Shown here: positions 18,437 through 27,091 of the stretch, in pieces
How positions within the stretch are numbered: the first letter of the stretch is position 1
Layout: each line of letters starts with the position of its first letter
Assembly (NCBI GenBank): GCA_037439545.1
Contig: JBBIVV010000016.1
Span: 21,052 to 50,312, forward strand
Direction of reading: 5' to 3'
DNA from: a bacterium
GTDB taxonomy: Bacteria; JAMCPX01
DNA length: 29,261 nucleotides
Program-made: the position numbers and the translations under genes
The notes under the pieces: model-generated
Told to the model about the DNA's origin: nothing
The model's input: the letters and a program-made list of their open reading frames with translations, nothing else
Database searches by the model: none

Positions 18437-20245
18437 TCACTGCGTGTACATCTTTTCTATTACCTCCGCATACTTTTCATTGACGATCTTCCGTCTCACT
18501 TTGAGTGTCGGCGTGAGTTCGTCTGTTTCCTGGGAAAAGTCTTTTTCAAGGACAGAGAATTTCTTGATCGTTTCGTACGGTGCAAGATCGCCGTTTACCC
18601 TGGATACGAATTCGGAAATTGCCCTGTTTACAGCCCCGCTCAATGTGCTTGAACTGCTGAAGCCCTTTGAGCCGTCAAAGTCGTTTACGTCATGCTCTTG
18701 TGCGAATTTCATAAGATTTTCCGCATTGAGTGTAAACAATGCAACCAGATATGACCTTCTGTCCCCGATAACGACCGCCTGGCTGATGAGCGGATTTGAC
18801 TTCAGCATGTTTTCTATGTTCGATGGGGATATGTTCTTACCGCCGGATGTGATAATAAGGTCTTTCTTCCGGTCAGTCACCTTGAGGTGATGTTCTTTAT
18901 CTATCTCTCCTATATCACCTGAAAAAAGCCATCCGTCTTTCAATGATTCGTCGGTTGCTTCCTGGTTCTTGAAATATCCCATAAATACATTGCCTCCTTT
19001 GACCAGGATCTCCCCGTCCGGTGCTATCTTTACCTCAACCCCGGGCACTGCCGGGCCTGTTGTATCGAACTTTACGTGCCCGTGCTCGTGGATGGATGTC
19101 GGACCTGTTACCTCTGTTTGTCCATACACAACGCACAGGGGTATATTTATGGAATGAAAGAATTTTATAATCTCAGGGGGTACGGGTGCACCGCCTGCAA
19201 TGAGGAGCCTTCCCCTTGAGAAACCGAGTTCATGCTTGAGCCTGGAGTACACAAGCTTGTCTGCTATCTTCCTTTTGAGCTTTAAAAATGCAGATGGCTG
19301 CGTACCTTTTTCTATACATACTACCCATTGATTCCCCGTATTCACGGCAAAATCCAGGATCCGTTTCTTGAAGCCTGTTGCATGGGAAAACGCCGCTTTG
19401 ATACCTGCATAAAACTTCTCCATAACCCTCGGCACTGCAAACATGGTATGCGGCTGAATGACTTTTATATCAGCAGCAAGCTTATCGAGGTTTTCCGGGA
19501 TTCCCACGGCACCATCCGTATGAATGGAGGAATAATATATTCCTATACGCTCAGCTATATGCGATAGCGGCAAATAGCTCATATACATGTCGGTATCGAA
19601 GTAATCGTTTGCTTTTGTCAATGCATCGCATGTCCAGACGATATTATGATGAGAGAGCATGGCACCTTTCGGCGGACCCGTGGTCCCCGATGTATAGACG
19701 ATAGTTGCAAGCGCTTCGGTCTTTATATTCTGGATCCTTTTTTCTATGGCCCCGGATTGTTCGGATCTTGCCTTTATACCGAGCTCCTCGAGCTCATCGA
19801 ATGTCATGATCGCAGGATCATCTGTTTTGTCCCCGGGCTCCCAGAGTATGATTTTATGAAGAGAGGGGAGGTTGGCTTTCGCCGCCATGACTTTGTCGAG
19901 CTGTGACTTGTTCTCTGCAAAGAGTATGGACGATTCGCTGTGCCGAGATATGAATTCAACCTGTTTTGCCGTATTGGTGTGATAAACCGGGACCGAAACG
20001 CCGCCATTACCGAGGATAGCGAGATCGGAATAAAACCATTCTGGCCTGTTTGCTCCAATGATGCCGGCCCTGTCTCCTGGTTTAAAGCCAAGGGACAAAA
20101 GCCCGTACGATGCGTTGTAGACATGCTCTCTGTATTCCTTCCATAAAATATGGTGCCATTGCCCTTTCATGTTCCACATGACGGCGAGTTTTTCAGGGTG
20201 TTGTTTTGCCCTCTGATAGAATAATGCAACTATAGATTGTTCCAT
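18437..20245 (-). CDS. Long-chain fatty acid--CoA ligase (FadD15/ACSL-like)
   Basis: Start moved to ATG 20245 after AGGAGG. YTSGTTGPPKG, YLPLSH, YGQTE, SGDIG, DRKKDLIITSGGKNI and LTPTLKVRR motifs. Confidence 0.93.
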   Translation of the reverse strand: MEQSIVALFYQRAKQHPEKLAVMWNMKGQWHHILWKEYREHVYNASYGLLSLGFKPGDRAGIIGANRPEWFYSDLAILGNGGVSVPVYHTNTAKQVEFISRHSESSILFAENKSQLDKVMAAKANLPSLHKIILWEPGDKTDDPAIMTFDELEELGIKARSEQSGAIEKRIQNIKTEALATIVYTSGTTGPPKGAMLSHHNIVWTCDALTKANDYFDTDMYMSYLPLSHIAERIGIYYSSIHTDGAVGIPENLDKLAADIKVIQPHTMFAVPRVMEKFYAGIKAAFSHATGFKKRILDFAVNTGNQWVVCIEKGTQPSAFLKLKRKIADKLVYSRLKHELGFSRGRLLIAGGAPVPPEIIKFFHSINIPLCVVYGQTEVTGPTSIHEHGHVKFDTTGPAVPGVEVKIAPDGEILVKGGNVFMGYFKNQEATDESLKDGWLFSGDIGEIDKEHHLKVTDRKKDLIITSGGKNISPSNIENMLKSNPLISQAVVIGDRRSYLVALFTLNAENLMKFAQEHDVNDFDGSKGFSSSSTLSGAVNRAISEFVSRVNGDLAPYETIKKFSVLEKDFSQETDELTPTLKVRRKIVNEKYAEVIEKMYTQ

Positions 20246-20307
20246 CACCCCACCTCCTGTTCTACGGATACTACATCGGCCATGGAAAATCAAAGAAAGG
20301 ATTTATC

Positions 20308-20335
20308 TTAACAATTTAATATTTATGATTACATT
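20308..20335 (+). promoter_or_regulatory. Possible sigma70-type promoter for clpB
   Basis: TTAACA-N16-TACATT in an AT-rich divergent intergenic region, followed by an AGGAGG RBS. Confidence 0.3.
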
Positions 20336-20355
20336 AAATAGGTCAGGAGGCCATT

Positions 20356-22965
20356 ATGGATATTAATAAATTCACGCACAAGGCACAGCAGGCGATTGCC
20401 GATGCCCAGAGCATTGCATCGAGGTACAAACACCAGCAGGTCGACAACGAGCATGTCATGCTTGCCTTGCTCGATCAGGAAGACGGGCTTATACCCCATC
20501 TTCTCGAAAAGATGGACAAGTCCGTATCGGAAATACGCGGGGACATAGAACAATATCTTGCAGGCCTGCCCAAGGTGTCCGGTCCCCCCGGTGCTGTCGA
20601 TCAGTTATACATTACTTCCAGACTCGGCAGCGTGCTGGATCTGGCGCTAAAAGAAGCCCAGGACATGAAGGATGAATTCATAAGCGTTGAGCATATCTTG
20701 CTTGCAATGCTCAGTGAAGGCAAATCAAGTGGACAATCAGGTGCTTTGGGTAAGACATTACTGGATCACGGTATTACACGGGACGGGGTGATGAAGGCAC
20801 TGGCGTCCATAAGGGGCGGGCAGAGGGTGACATCGCAGACGCCCGAGGCCACGTATGAGTCGCTTGAGAAGTACGGCAGGGACTTGACAAAGGCGGCTGC
20901 ACAGGACAAGCTCGACCCCGTCATCGGCAGGGATGAAGAGATCAGGCGAACCGTACAAATCCTGTCACGGCGCACGAAAAACAACCCAGTCCTTATAGGA
21001 GAGCCCGGTGTCGGGAAGACCGCTATTGTAGAAGGTCTTGCTCAGAGAATAATAAAGGGCGATGTGCCTGAAAGCCTTAAAAACAAGAAGCTCGTCGCAC
21101 TTGATATGGGTGCGCTTGTTGCAGGTGCAAAATACAGGGGTGAGTTTGAAGAACGATTGAAGGCAGTGCTTAAGGAGATCCTTGAGTCAAAAGGCGAAGT
21201 GCTTTTATTTATCGATGAACTTCATACGGTCGTAGGCGCCGGTGCTGCAGAGGGTGCAATGGATGCAAGCAACCTTTTGAAACCCATGCTTGCAAGAGGG
21301 GAACTCCACTGTATCGGGGCCACGACATTGAATGAGTACAAAAAATATATAGAAAAGGACGCGGCGCTTGAAAGACGGTTCCAGCCGGTTTTGGTGGATC
21401 AACCGTCTGTTGAAGACACGGTCTCCATACTGCGGGGGCTGAAGGAGCGTTATGAACTGCATCACGGAGTAAGGATAAAGGATTCGGCACTCGTTGCTGC
21501 CGCTGTCATGAGCAACAGGTACATATCCGACAGATTCCTGCCTGATAAGGCGATAGACCTTATTGACGAGGCAGCGGCAAAAATCAGGACAGAGATAGAC
21601 AGTATGCCTGTTGAGCTTGATGAGATAACACGCAAGATGCTCCAGATCGAGATCGAGAGGCAGGCACTGAAAAAAGAGGTGGACCACGCATCAAGGGAAA
21701 GAATCAATAAGCTGGAGAGGGAATTGTCGGAACTGAAATCAAAGGCAGATGTTCTGAAAGCGAAATGGCAGAAGGAAAAATCCATTATAAGTGATGTAAG
21801 AAAGATGCGGGAGGAGATTGAAAAAATAAAGAGCGATATAGACAAATCCGAACGTGCGTATGATCTCGATAAGGTCGCTGAATTGAAGTACGGGAAATTA
21901 CCCGATGTTGAAAAGCAGTATGAGAAGCTGAGCAAGAAGATGGAAGAGGGCGGGAACAGACTACTGAAGGAAGAGGTAGACGACGAGGATATTGCACAGG
22001 TCGTCAGCAGATGGACGGGTATCCCTGTTTCTAAGCTCCTCGAGGGCGAATCACAAAAACTGCTCCACCTTGACGAGGTCCTGCATAAAAAAGTCGTCGG
22101 ACAGGATGAGGCTGTAAAGGCAGTGACAGATGCCATTATCCGTGCGCGTTCGGGCATGAAGGATCCTCACAGACCCATCGGCAGTTTTATATTTCTCGGT
22201 CCGACAGGTGTGGGTAAGACGGAGCTTGCGCGCGCGGTTGCAGAGGCACTATTTGATAATGAGAACAATATGATCCGGCTGGACATGTCGGAATATATGG
22301 AAAAACATACAGTCGCAAGGCTGGTAGGCGCACCCCCGGGGTATGTCGGGTATGAGGAAGGGGGACAATTGACAGAGGCAGTACGGAGAAAGCCTTTCAG
22401 TGTTATACTTTTTGACGAGATAGAGAAGGCGCATAACGATGTATTCAACGCCTTGCTGCAGATACTCGATGACGGAAGGCTTACCGACGGGCAGGGCAGA
22501 ACTGTTGACTTCAAGAACACGATTGTAATTATGACCTCAAATATAGGAAGTACCTACATTCTTGAAGAACTGAGTAAAAAGGATGAAGACTATGATCGGA
22601 TGAAGCAACGCGTGCTTGAGGAGCTCAAGAACCATTTCAGGCCGGAATTCCTGAACAGAGTCGATGATGTCGTTGTATTCCATGCGCTGACACAGGCAGA
22701 ATTGATTATGATTGTGGATATTCAGATCCAGAAGCTTGTCAGCAGGCTGAAAGATAAGAACATAAATATAGAACTATCCGATGCTGCAAAGAAACACATT
22801 GCAGAAGCAGGTTATGATCCTGTGTATGGTGCAAGGCCTCTGAAAAGGACAATCAGCAGGGAAATAGAAACCCCGCTCGCAAAAGAGATAGTATCAGGGC
22901 ATGTGCTGCCGGGCAAGACAATCAAGATTGAAGTAAAGAATGGAGCCTTAACGTTCCACTCATAG
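20356..22965 (+). CDS. clpB: ATP-dependent chaperone ClpB
   Basis: Clp N-domain; two AAA+ modules ([16 protein letters not shown]); coiled-coil middle domain (AELKYG); GAPPGYVGY and YGARPL motifs; 869 aa. Confidence 0.98.
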   Translation: MDINKFTHKAQQAIADAQSIASRYKHQQVDNEHVMLALLDQEDGLIPHLLEKMDKSVSEIRGDIEQYLAGLPKVSGPPGAVDQLYITSRLGSVLDLALKEAQDMKDEFISVEHILLAMLSEGKSSGQSGALGKTLLDHGITRDGVMKALASIRGGQRVTSQTPEATYESLEKYGRDLTKAAAQDKLDPVIGRDEEIRRTVQILSRRTKNNPVLIGEPGVGKTAIVEGLAQRIIKGDVPESLKNKKLVALDMGALVAGAKYRGEFEERLKAVLKEILESKGEVLLFIDELHTVVGAGAAEGAMDASNLLKPMLARGELHCIGATTLNEYKKYIEKDAALERRFQPVLVDQPSVEDTVSILRGLKERYELHHGVRIKDSALVAAAVMSNRYISDRFLPDKAIDLIDEAAAKIRTEIDSMPVELDEITRKMLQIEIERQALKKEVDHASRERINKLERELSELKSKADVLKAKWQKEKSIISDVRKMREEIEKIKSDIDKSERAYDLDKVAELKYGKLPDVEKQYEKLSKKMEEGGNRLLKEEVDDEDIAQVVSRWTGIPVSKLLEGESQKLLHLDEVLHKKVVGQDEAVKAVTDAIIRARSGMKDPHRPIGSFIFLGPTGVGKTELARAVAEALFDNENNMIRLDMSEYMEKHTVARLVGAPPGYVGYEEGGQLTEAVRRKPFSVILFDEIEKAHNDVFNALLQILDDGRLTDGQGRTVDFKNTIVIMTSNIGSTYILEELSKKDEDYDRMKQRVLEELKNHFRPEFLNRVDDVVVFHALTQAELIMIVDIQIQKLVSRLKDKNINIELSDAAKKHIAEAGYDPVYGARPLKRTISREIETPLAKEIVSGHVLPGKTIKIEVKNGALTFHS

Positions 22966-23003
22966 GCCCAAACCTGCAAAGAGGGAAGCGTATAAGCCGT
23001 CCG

Positions 23004-23372
23004 CTATATAAGTTGTTTCTCCTCTTCGATATTGAAGATCATAATGGCCCTTGCCCACGGGAAGCGTGACCGTATACGCTCAAACTCTATACCTGTTTTT
23101 TTGAATTCTGCCGAACCCTTCAGTAGAAAACCCGCGCCCGGTCCCTGGGTCCCTTTGACATCCTTACTTGCAATGATCATCTGCAGCTTGCTTCCTGCCT
23201 TTATATTTTCTTCAGTCTTTTCAAGGCTGCCCACAGGTATTATAATGGCGGCGTCTGCCGCGACCTCTATATAGCTGTTCCATGTTGCTGCCATGTGCGG
23301 ACCATCTGATCCTGCTGTGGTGAAACTCGCAGGTCCTTCATGTCCCAATATTTCTATAATGGTCTTATGCAT
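23004..23372 (-). CDS. FMN-binding split-barrel protein (pyridoxamine 5'-phosphate oxidase family; Desulfovibrio FMN-bp-like)
   Basis: GPHMAATWNSY, PVG..EKTEENI, GPGAGFLLKGSAEF and FPWARA motifs. Start moved to ATG 23372, 6 nt after GGAGG; 122 aa. Confidence 0.9.
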   Translation of the reverse strand: MHKTIIEILGHEGPASFTTAGSDGPHMAATWNSYIEVAADAAIIIPVGSLEKTEENIKAGSKLQMIIASKDVKGTQGPGAGFLLKGSAEFKKTGIEFERIRSRFPWARAIMIFNIEEEKQLI

Positions 23373-23396
23373 AAACACCCTCCTCTCCTCATTTTA

Positions 23397-23424
23397 ATGT
23401 TATGTAGTCTTTTCACTGTGTCAA
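23397..23424 (-). promoter_or_regulatory. Sigma70-type promoter for the FMN-binding protein gene
   Basis: On the minus strand, TTGACA (23424-23419)-N16-TAACAT (23402-23397) lies just upstream of a strong RBS. Confidence 0.55.
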
Positions 23425-23546
23425 GCAGGTGCTGAGAGCCCGAAAAATGCAATAGGAAAATTTGCTCATTCACTCAAGCCTTAAATCAACCGAATCAACC
23501 TCATTCCCATTTAGAAAAGGCGGCGTGGTCCGGGGGGGGGGTGATA

Positions 23547-23655
23547 TTTACCCCGTCAGAGAGGCCCACCATTTATGGTGGGGATAATAGGATAATTATT
23601 AATTCCTTATAGAAAGGGTGTGGGGTTAAGTCATGCCTTTTCTAACGGAGATTAC
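23547..23655. repeat. MITE/REP-like element with imperfect terminal inverted repeats and internal hairpins (copy B)
   Basis: Left end TTTACCCCGTCAGAGA, right end TTTCTAACGGAGATTAC. Internal perfect hairpin CCCACCAT-TT-ATGGTGGG (23565-23582) and G:T-containing stem AGAAAGGGTGTG/CATGCCTTTTCT (23611-23643). Confidence 0.6.
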
Positions 23656-23738
23656 AATCTTTGCAGCATGCCCCTGAGCCTCGTATTCACAGAATAATCG
23701 GTTGTATTTCAAAGCGAAACATCGTATCAATTGAATAT

Positions 23739-24482
23739 ATGGATAACCGGATCGTATATGGAGGGCACTCCACTGTCTTAATAAACATGGGAAAGGCAGT
23801 CATACTGACCGACCCTAATTTAAGTAAACGGATATGGGCTGTGAGCAGAAAGAGCACGCCCGGGCTTACGCAGGAGCAGCTTGAGCCTGTTAATCTCGTT
23901 CTTATTTCGCATGGACATTATGATCACCTGGATATACCGACCATAAAAAGGTTGACCAGGAGTGCTGTGGTCATTGTGCCGGAGGGTCTGGACAGATACT
24001 TTACTCGGTACGGATTCAAGGATGTAAGGGTCATGTCATGGTGGGAGCAGACGACTGTCCACGGGATAAGGATCATAGCAGTGCCCGCAAATCATTTTAA
24101 AGGAAGAAATCCTCTGGTTAAGAGTCTTTATCAGGGATATGTCATGGATGGCGAGCGGCAGATTTATTTTGCAGGCGATACCGGATGGTTTGACGGGTTC
24201 AAGGAGATCGGGGCTATATTCAGGCTGGATGTCGCGCTCCTTCCCATCGGTGCGTACAAACCGTGGTCTGCATTCGGGCACCACATAACACCGGAACATA
24301 GTGTAAAAGCATTCCAGCACCTTCAGGCAAAAGTTATGATACCGATACATTGGGGCGCATTCAGGCTCTCGCTCGAGCCTCTTTCTGAACCCGTAGAAAG
24401 ACTAAAACAATCGGCCGTAGGCGCCGGCATAGAAGACAGGATCGTCGTGCTCACGCCGGGGCAGTCGTTTAAAATTGCATGA
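23739..24482 (+). CDS. MBL-fold metallo-hydrolase (NAPE-PLD/RomA/UlaG-like)
   Basis: GHSTVLI, LTDP, SHGHYDHLD (HxHxDH), PANH, FAGDTG, PIGAY and PIHWG motifs. Start moved to ATG 23739, where the fold begins. Confidence 0.9.
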   Translation: MDNRIVYGGHSTVLINMGKAVILTDPNLSKRIWAVSRKSTPGLTQEQLEPVNLVLISHGHYDHLDIPTIKRLTRSAVVIVPEGLDRYFTRYGFKDVRVMSWWEQTTVHGIRIIAVPANHFKGRNPLVKSLYQGYVMDGERQIYFAGDTGWFDGFKEIGAIFRLDVALLPIGAYKPWSAFGHHITPEHSVKAFQHLQAKVMIPIHWGAFRLSLEPLSEPVERLKQSAVGAGIEDRIVVLTPGQSFKIA

Positions 24483-24569
24483 GTGATATGCGGATATACC
24501 CGCTTTATTTGACATTTGATAAATTTGATACTACTAAAGCAGTATATTGATTCACAGGAGAGTGTGTAA

Positions 24570-26507
24570 TTGACGAAAAGGTTTTATTGGAAGGGTTTTG
24601 AGCAGACAGTTGAAAACAGCAATGTAACGGCATTTATGAGGACAAACAAGATTAAGGATTTTGATCTACTCGTTAAGCGGTCACAGAAAGATATTGAATG
24701 GTTTTGGGATGCAGCAGGCAAATTCCTCGGTATTGAATGGTACACTCCTTATAAAAAGCTCCTCAATACAAATAAGGGCATCGAATGGGCGCAGTGGTTT
24801 TCGGGAGGCAGGATCAATCTTGTCCACAATTGTGTCGATAAACACATAAACACCTATAGAAGGCACAAAACAGCTATCCTATGGGAGGGTGAAAACAAGG
24901 AAGTCAGAAAGATTACCTACCTTGATCTTTATCAATCGGTAAATCGCGTTGCACAGGGCTTAAGAGATGCCGGCATAAAAAAAGGAGACGCGGTAGCCGT
25001 ATTTATGCCCATGCTGCCTGAAACAGCGGTTGCCCTGCTTGCCATAGCAAAGATTGGTGCAATATTCATTCCTATATTTTCAGGATATGGGCCCGAGGCA
25101 ATTGCATCGAGGCTGAACGATGCATCGGCAAAGGTCCTTTTTACCGCAGACGGTTTTTACAGAAAAGGTAATGTCGTAGACATGAAAAAAACGGCAGACA
25201 ATGCTGTCGCAATGAGCCCGTCAATAAAGCGTGTCGTTGTTTTCAAAAGGCTCGGCATCGATATCCCGTGGGCCGTAAACAGGGATATATATTGGGATGA
25301 TTTTATAAAAAACAAACCTTCTCTTTCACCGACAGAAAAACTCGATTCAGAAACGCCCTGGATGGTGATCTATACATCGGGAACGACAGGCACTCCAAAG
25401 GGGGCTGTCCATGTTCATGCGGGCTTTCTTATCAAGCAGGCGGAAGAAATGGCATTTCAGGTGGACCTTAAGGATCAGGACATATTATTCTGGTTCACGG
25501 ACATGGGATGGATTATGGGACCCTGGGAAGTTGTCGGCGGACTTGCAATGGGCGGAACTTTGTTCTTTTATGAAGGTACGCCAGACTGGCCAAAACCCGA
25601 CAGGTTATGGGAAATGATTGAATCGCACAGGATATCTATCCTTGGAATATCGCCGACTGCCATAAGGGCATTGATGCGCAATGGTAATCAATGGCCGGAT
25701 GCGCACGACCTTACCAGCTTGCGTATGTTCGGCTCCACAGGAGAGCCGTGGAACCCAGATCCATGGATGTGGTTGTATAAACAGGTCGGCAAAGAAAGAT
25801 GTCCGATTGTAAATTTATCCGGAGGAACGGAGATCGGGGCGTGTTTCCTTTCCGTACATCCCGTAAAGCCCTTGAAGCCGTGCTCACTGGGAGGTCCTGC
25901 ACTCGGCATGGATATAGACGTATTTAATGACAATGCAAAACCCGTGAGAAATACTGTCGGAGAGCTTGTATGCAAAAAACCCTGGCCCAGTATGACGCGC
26001 GGTGTATGGAAAGACCCGGAGCGTTATATTGAAACGTACTGGAGCAGATGGAATCATGTATGGGTCCATGGAGACTGGGCATCCGTAGACAAAGACGGTT
26101 ACTGGTTTTTACATGGGAGATCGGATGATACGATAAAGATAGCAGGGAAACGTGTAGGACCTGCTGAAGTAGAATCAGTACTGGTTTCGCATAAGGCAGT
26201 TACGGAGGCTGCCGCAATAGGAGTGCCGGATGAATTAAAAGGAGAAGCATTGGTATGTTTTACCGTGTTAAAGCCCGGATATGAACCATCGGAGCCGTTA
26301 AGGCGTGAACTGATAGAGCTCGTGGTTTCAGCGCTTGGCAAGTCAACGAGGCCAAAGACGGTAAAGTTCGTTACAGAACTTCCTAAAACCCGCAACGCAA
26401 AAATCCTGAGAAGATTCGTAAAGGCAAAGTATCTTGGCAAGGAGATCGCAGATACATCTTCTGTCGAAAACCTTTCCTCTTTAGATATTATTGAACAGGC
26501 TATGTAA
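24570..26507 (+). CDS. AMP-forming acyl-CoA synthetase, acetate/acetoacetate--CoA ligase-like
   Basis: TTG start after AGGAG. YTSGTTGTPKG, DMGWIMG, STGEPW, NLSGGTE, HGDW, GRSDDTIK and PKTRNAKILRR motifs. Confidence 0.9.
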   Translation: MTKRFYWKGFEQTVENSNVTAFMRTNKIKDFDLLVKRSQKDIEWFWDAAGKFLGIEWYTPYKKLLNTNKGIEWAQWFSGGRINLVHNCVDKHINTYRRHKTAILWEGENKEVRKITYLDLYQSVNRVAQGLRDAGIKKGDAVAVFMPMLPETAVALLAIAKIGAIFIPIFSGYGPEAIASRLNDASAKVLFTADGFYRKGNVVDMKKTADNAVAMSPSIKRVVVFKRLGIDIPWAVNRDIYWDDFIKNKPSLSPTEKLDSETPWMVIYTSGTTGTPKGAVHVHAGFLIKQAEEMAFQVDLKDQDILFWFTDMGWIMGPWEVVGGLAMGGTLFFYEGTPDWPKPDRLWEMIESHRISILGISPTAIRALMRNGNQWPDAHDLTSLRMFGSTGEPWNPDPWMWLYKQVGKERCPIVNLSGGTEIGACFLSVHPVKPLKPCSLGGPALGMDIDVFNDNAKPVRNTVGELVCKKPWPSMTRGVWKDPERYIETYWSRWNHVWVHGDWASVDKDGYWFLHGRSDDTIKIAGKRVGPAEVESVLVSHKAVTEAAAIGVPDELKGEALVCFTVLKPGYEPSEPLRRELIELVVSALGKSTRPKTVKFVTELPKTRNAKILRRFVKAKYLGKEIADTSSVENLSSLDIIEQAM

Positions 26508-26563
26508 TAATAGATTGATTAATTCCAAAAAATTAAGTCATACTTTAAACAAAGGAGAAAAAA

Positions 26564-26887
26564 ATGTTAAAACTGTATGTAGGCAACCTTGCGTTCACCA
26601 CCACTGAAGAAGAAGTAAAGGGTTTGTTCGAGAAAGTAGGCGCGGTCCAGAGTGTTTCCATAATCAAGGACAAATATTCTGACCATTCAAAAGGTTTCGG
26701 GTTCGTTGAAATGACAAACGACGACGATGCAAAGAAAGCCATTGAGCAGATTAATGGCACTGATTTCAAGGGCAGAAACATAAGAGTAGCAGAAGCAAAG
26801 CCCATGGAGAAGAGAGAAGACAGGCCCAAGAGGGGCGGATTCAAATCAGGCGGCAATGACAGGGGAGGATACAACAAAAGATATTAA
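26564..26887 (+). CDS. RRM (RNP-1) RNA-binding protein with Gly/Arg-rich tail
   Basis: RNP2 LYVGNL, RNP1 KGFGFVEM and IRVAEA motifs; RGG-type C-terminus; AAGGAG RBS. Confidence 0.95.
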   Translation: MLKLYVGNLAFTTTEEEVKGLFEKVGAVQSVSIIKDKYSDHSKGFGFVEMTNDDDAKKAIEQINGTDFKGRNIRVAEAKPMEKREDRPKRGGFKSGGNDRGGYNKRY

Positions 26888-26944
26888 TGACTTTAATTCG
26901 ATAATTTCGTAATCTTAAAGTTATCGGATAGTTTTATATATATG

Positions 26945-26981
26945 TGCGCTGGATTTGTGATCCGCATCCAGCGCATCCTTT
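26945..26981 (+). terminator. Hairpin downstream of RRM gene, probable terminator
   Basis: Perfect 10-bp stem TGCGCTGGAT (26945-26954)/ATCCAGCGCA (26966-26975), followed by TCCTTT (weak U-tract). Confidence 0.55.
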
Positions 26982-26992
26982 CATGAGCAAGG

Positions 26993-27061
26993 TTTACCCC
27001 TTTAGAGAAAATCACCATCAGCAAATACCGTGAGAAGACGAATGCCTTTCACGAGGATTAC
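26993..27061. repeat. Shorter, degenerate copy of the inverted-end intergenic element (copy C)
   Basis: Left end TTTACCCCTTTAGAGA is 14/16 identical to the copy B left end. Right end ATGCCTTTCACGAGGATTAC resembles copy B ATGCCTTTTCTAACGGAGATTAC. Confidence 0.5.
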
Positions 27062-27091
27062 TTGCTATCTTTGAAACGTATTATTTGGACC

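Noticed and set aside
18338..18652. 104-aa + strand ORF in the lolD/acyl-CoA ligase gap
   Set aside because: TTG start, mostly antisense to the ligase gene, and no recognisable domain.
20246..20355. CIRCE, CtsR or sigma32 heat-shock site upstream of clpB
   Set aside because: No TTAGCACTC-N9-GAGTGCTAA, no tandem CtsR heptads and no CCCCAT -10 element.
21205..22520. Antisense ORFs opposite clpB
   Set aside because: Typical antisense frames of conserved chaperone genes; no independent evidence.
23547..23655. Integron attC site (GTYAGA / TCTAAC cores)
   Set aside because: Core order is reversed relative to attC (RYYYAAC...GTTRRRY), the flanking genes are housekeeping, and no integrase is present.
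24509..24552. FNR/CRP-like site (repeated TTGAT) upstream of the acyl-CoA synthetase
   Set aside because: The half-sites are direct repeats with no ATCAA partner; TTGACA is present but the -10 match is poor.
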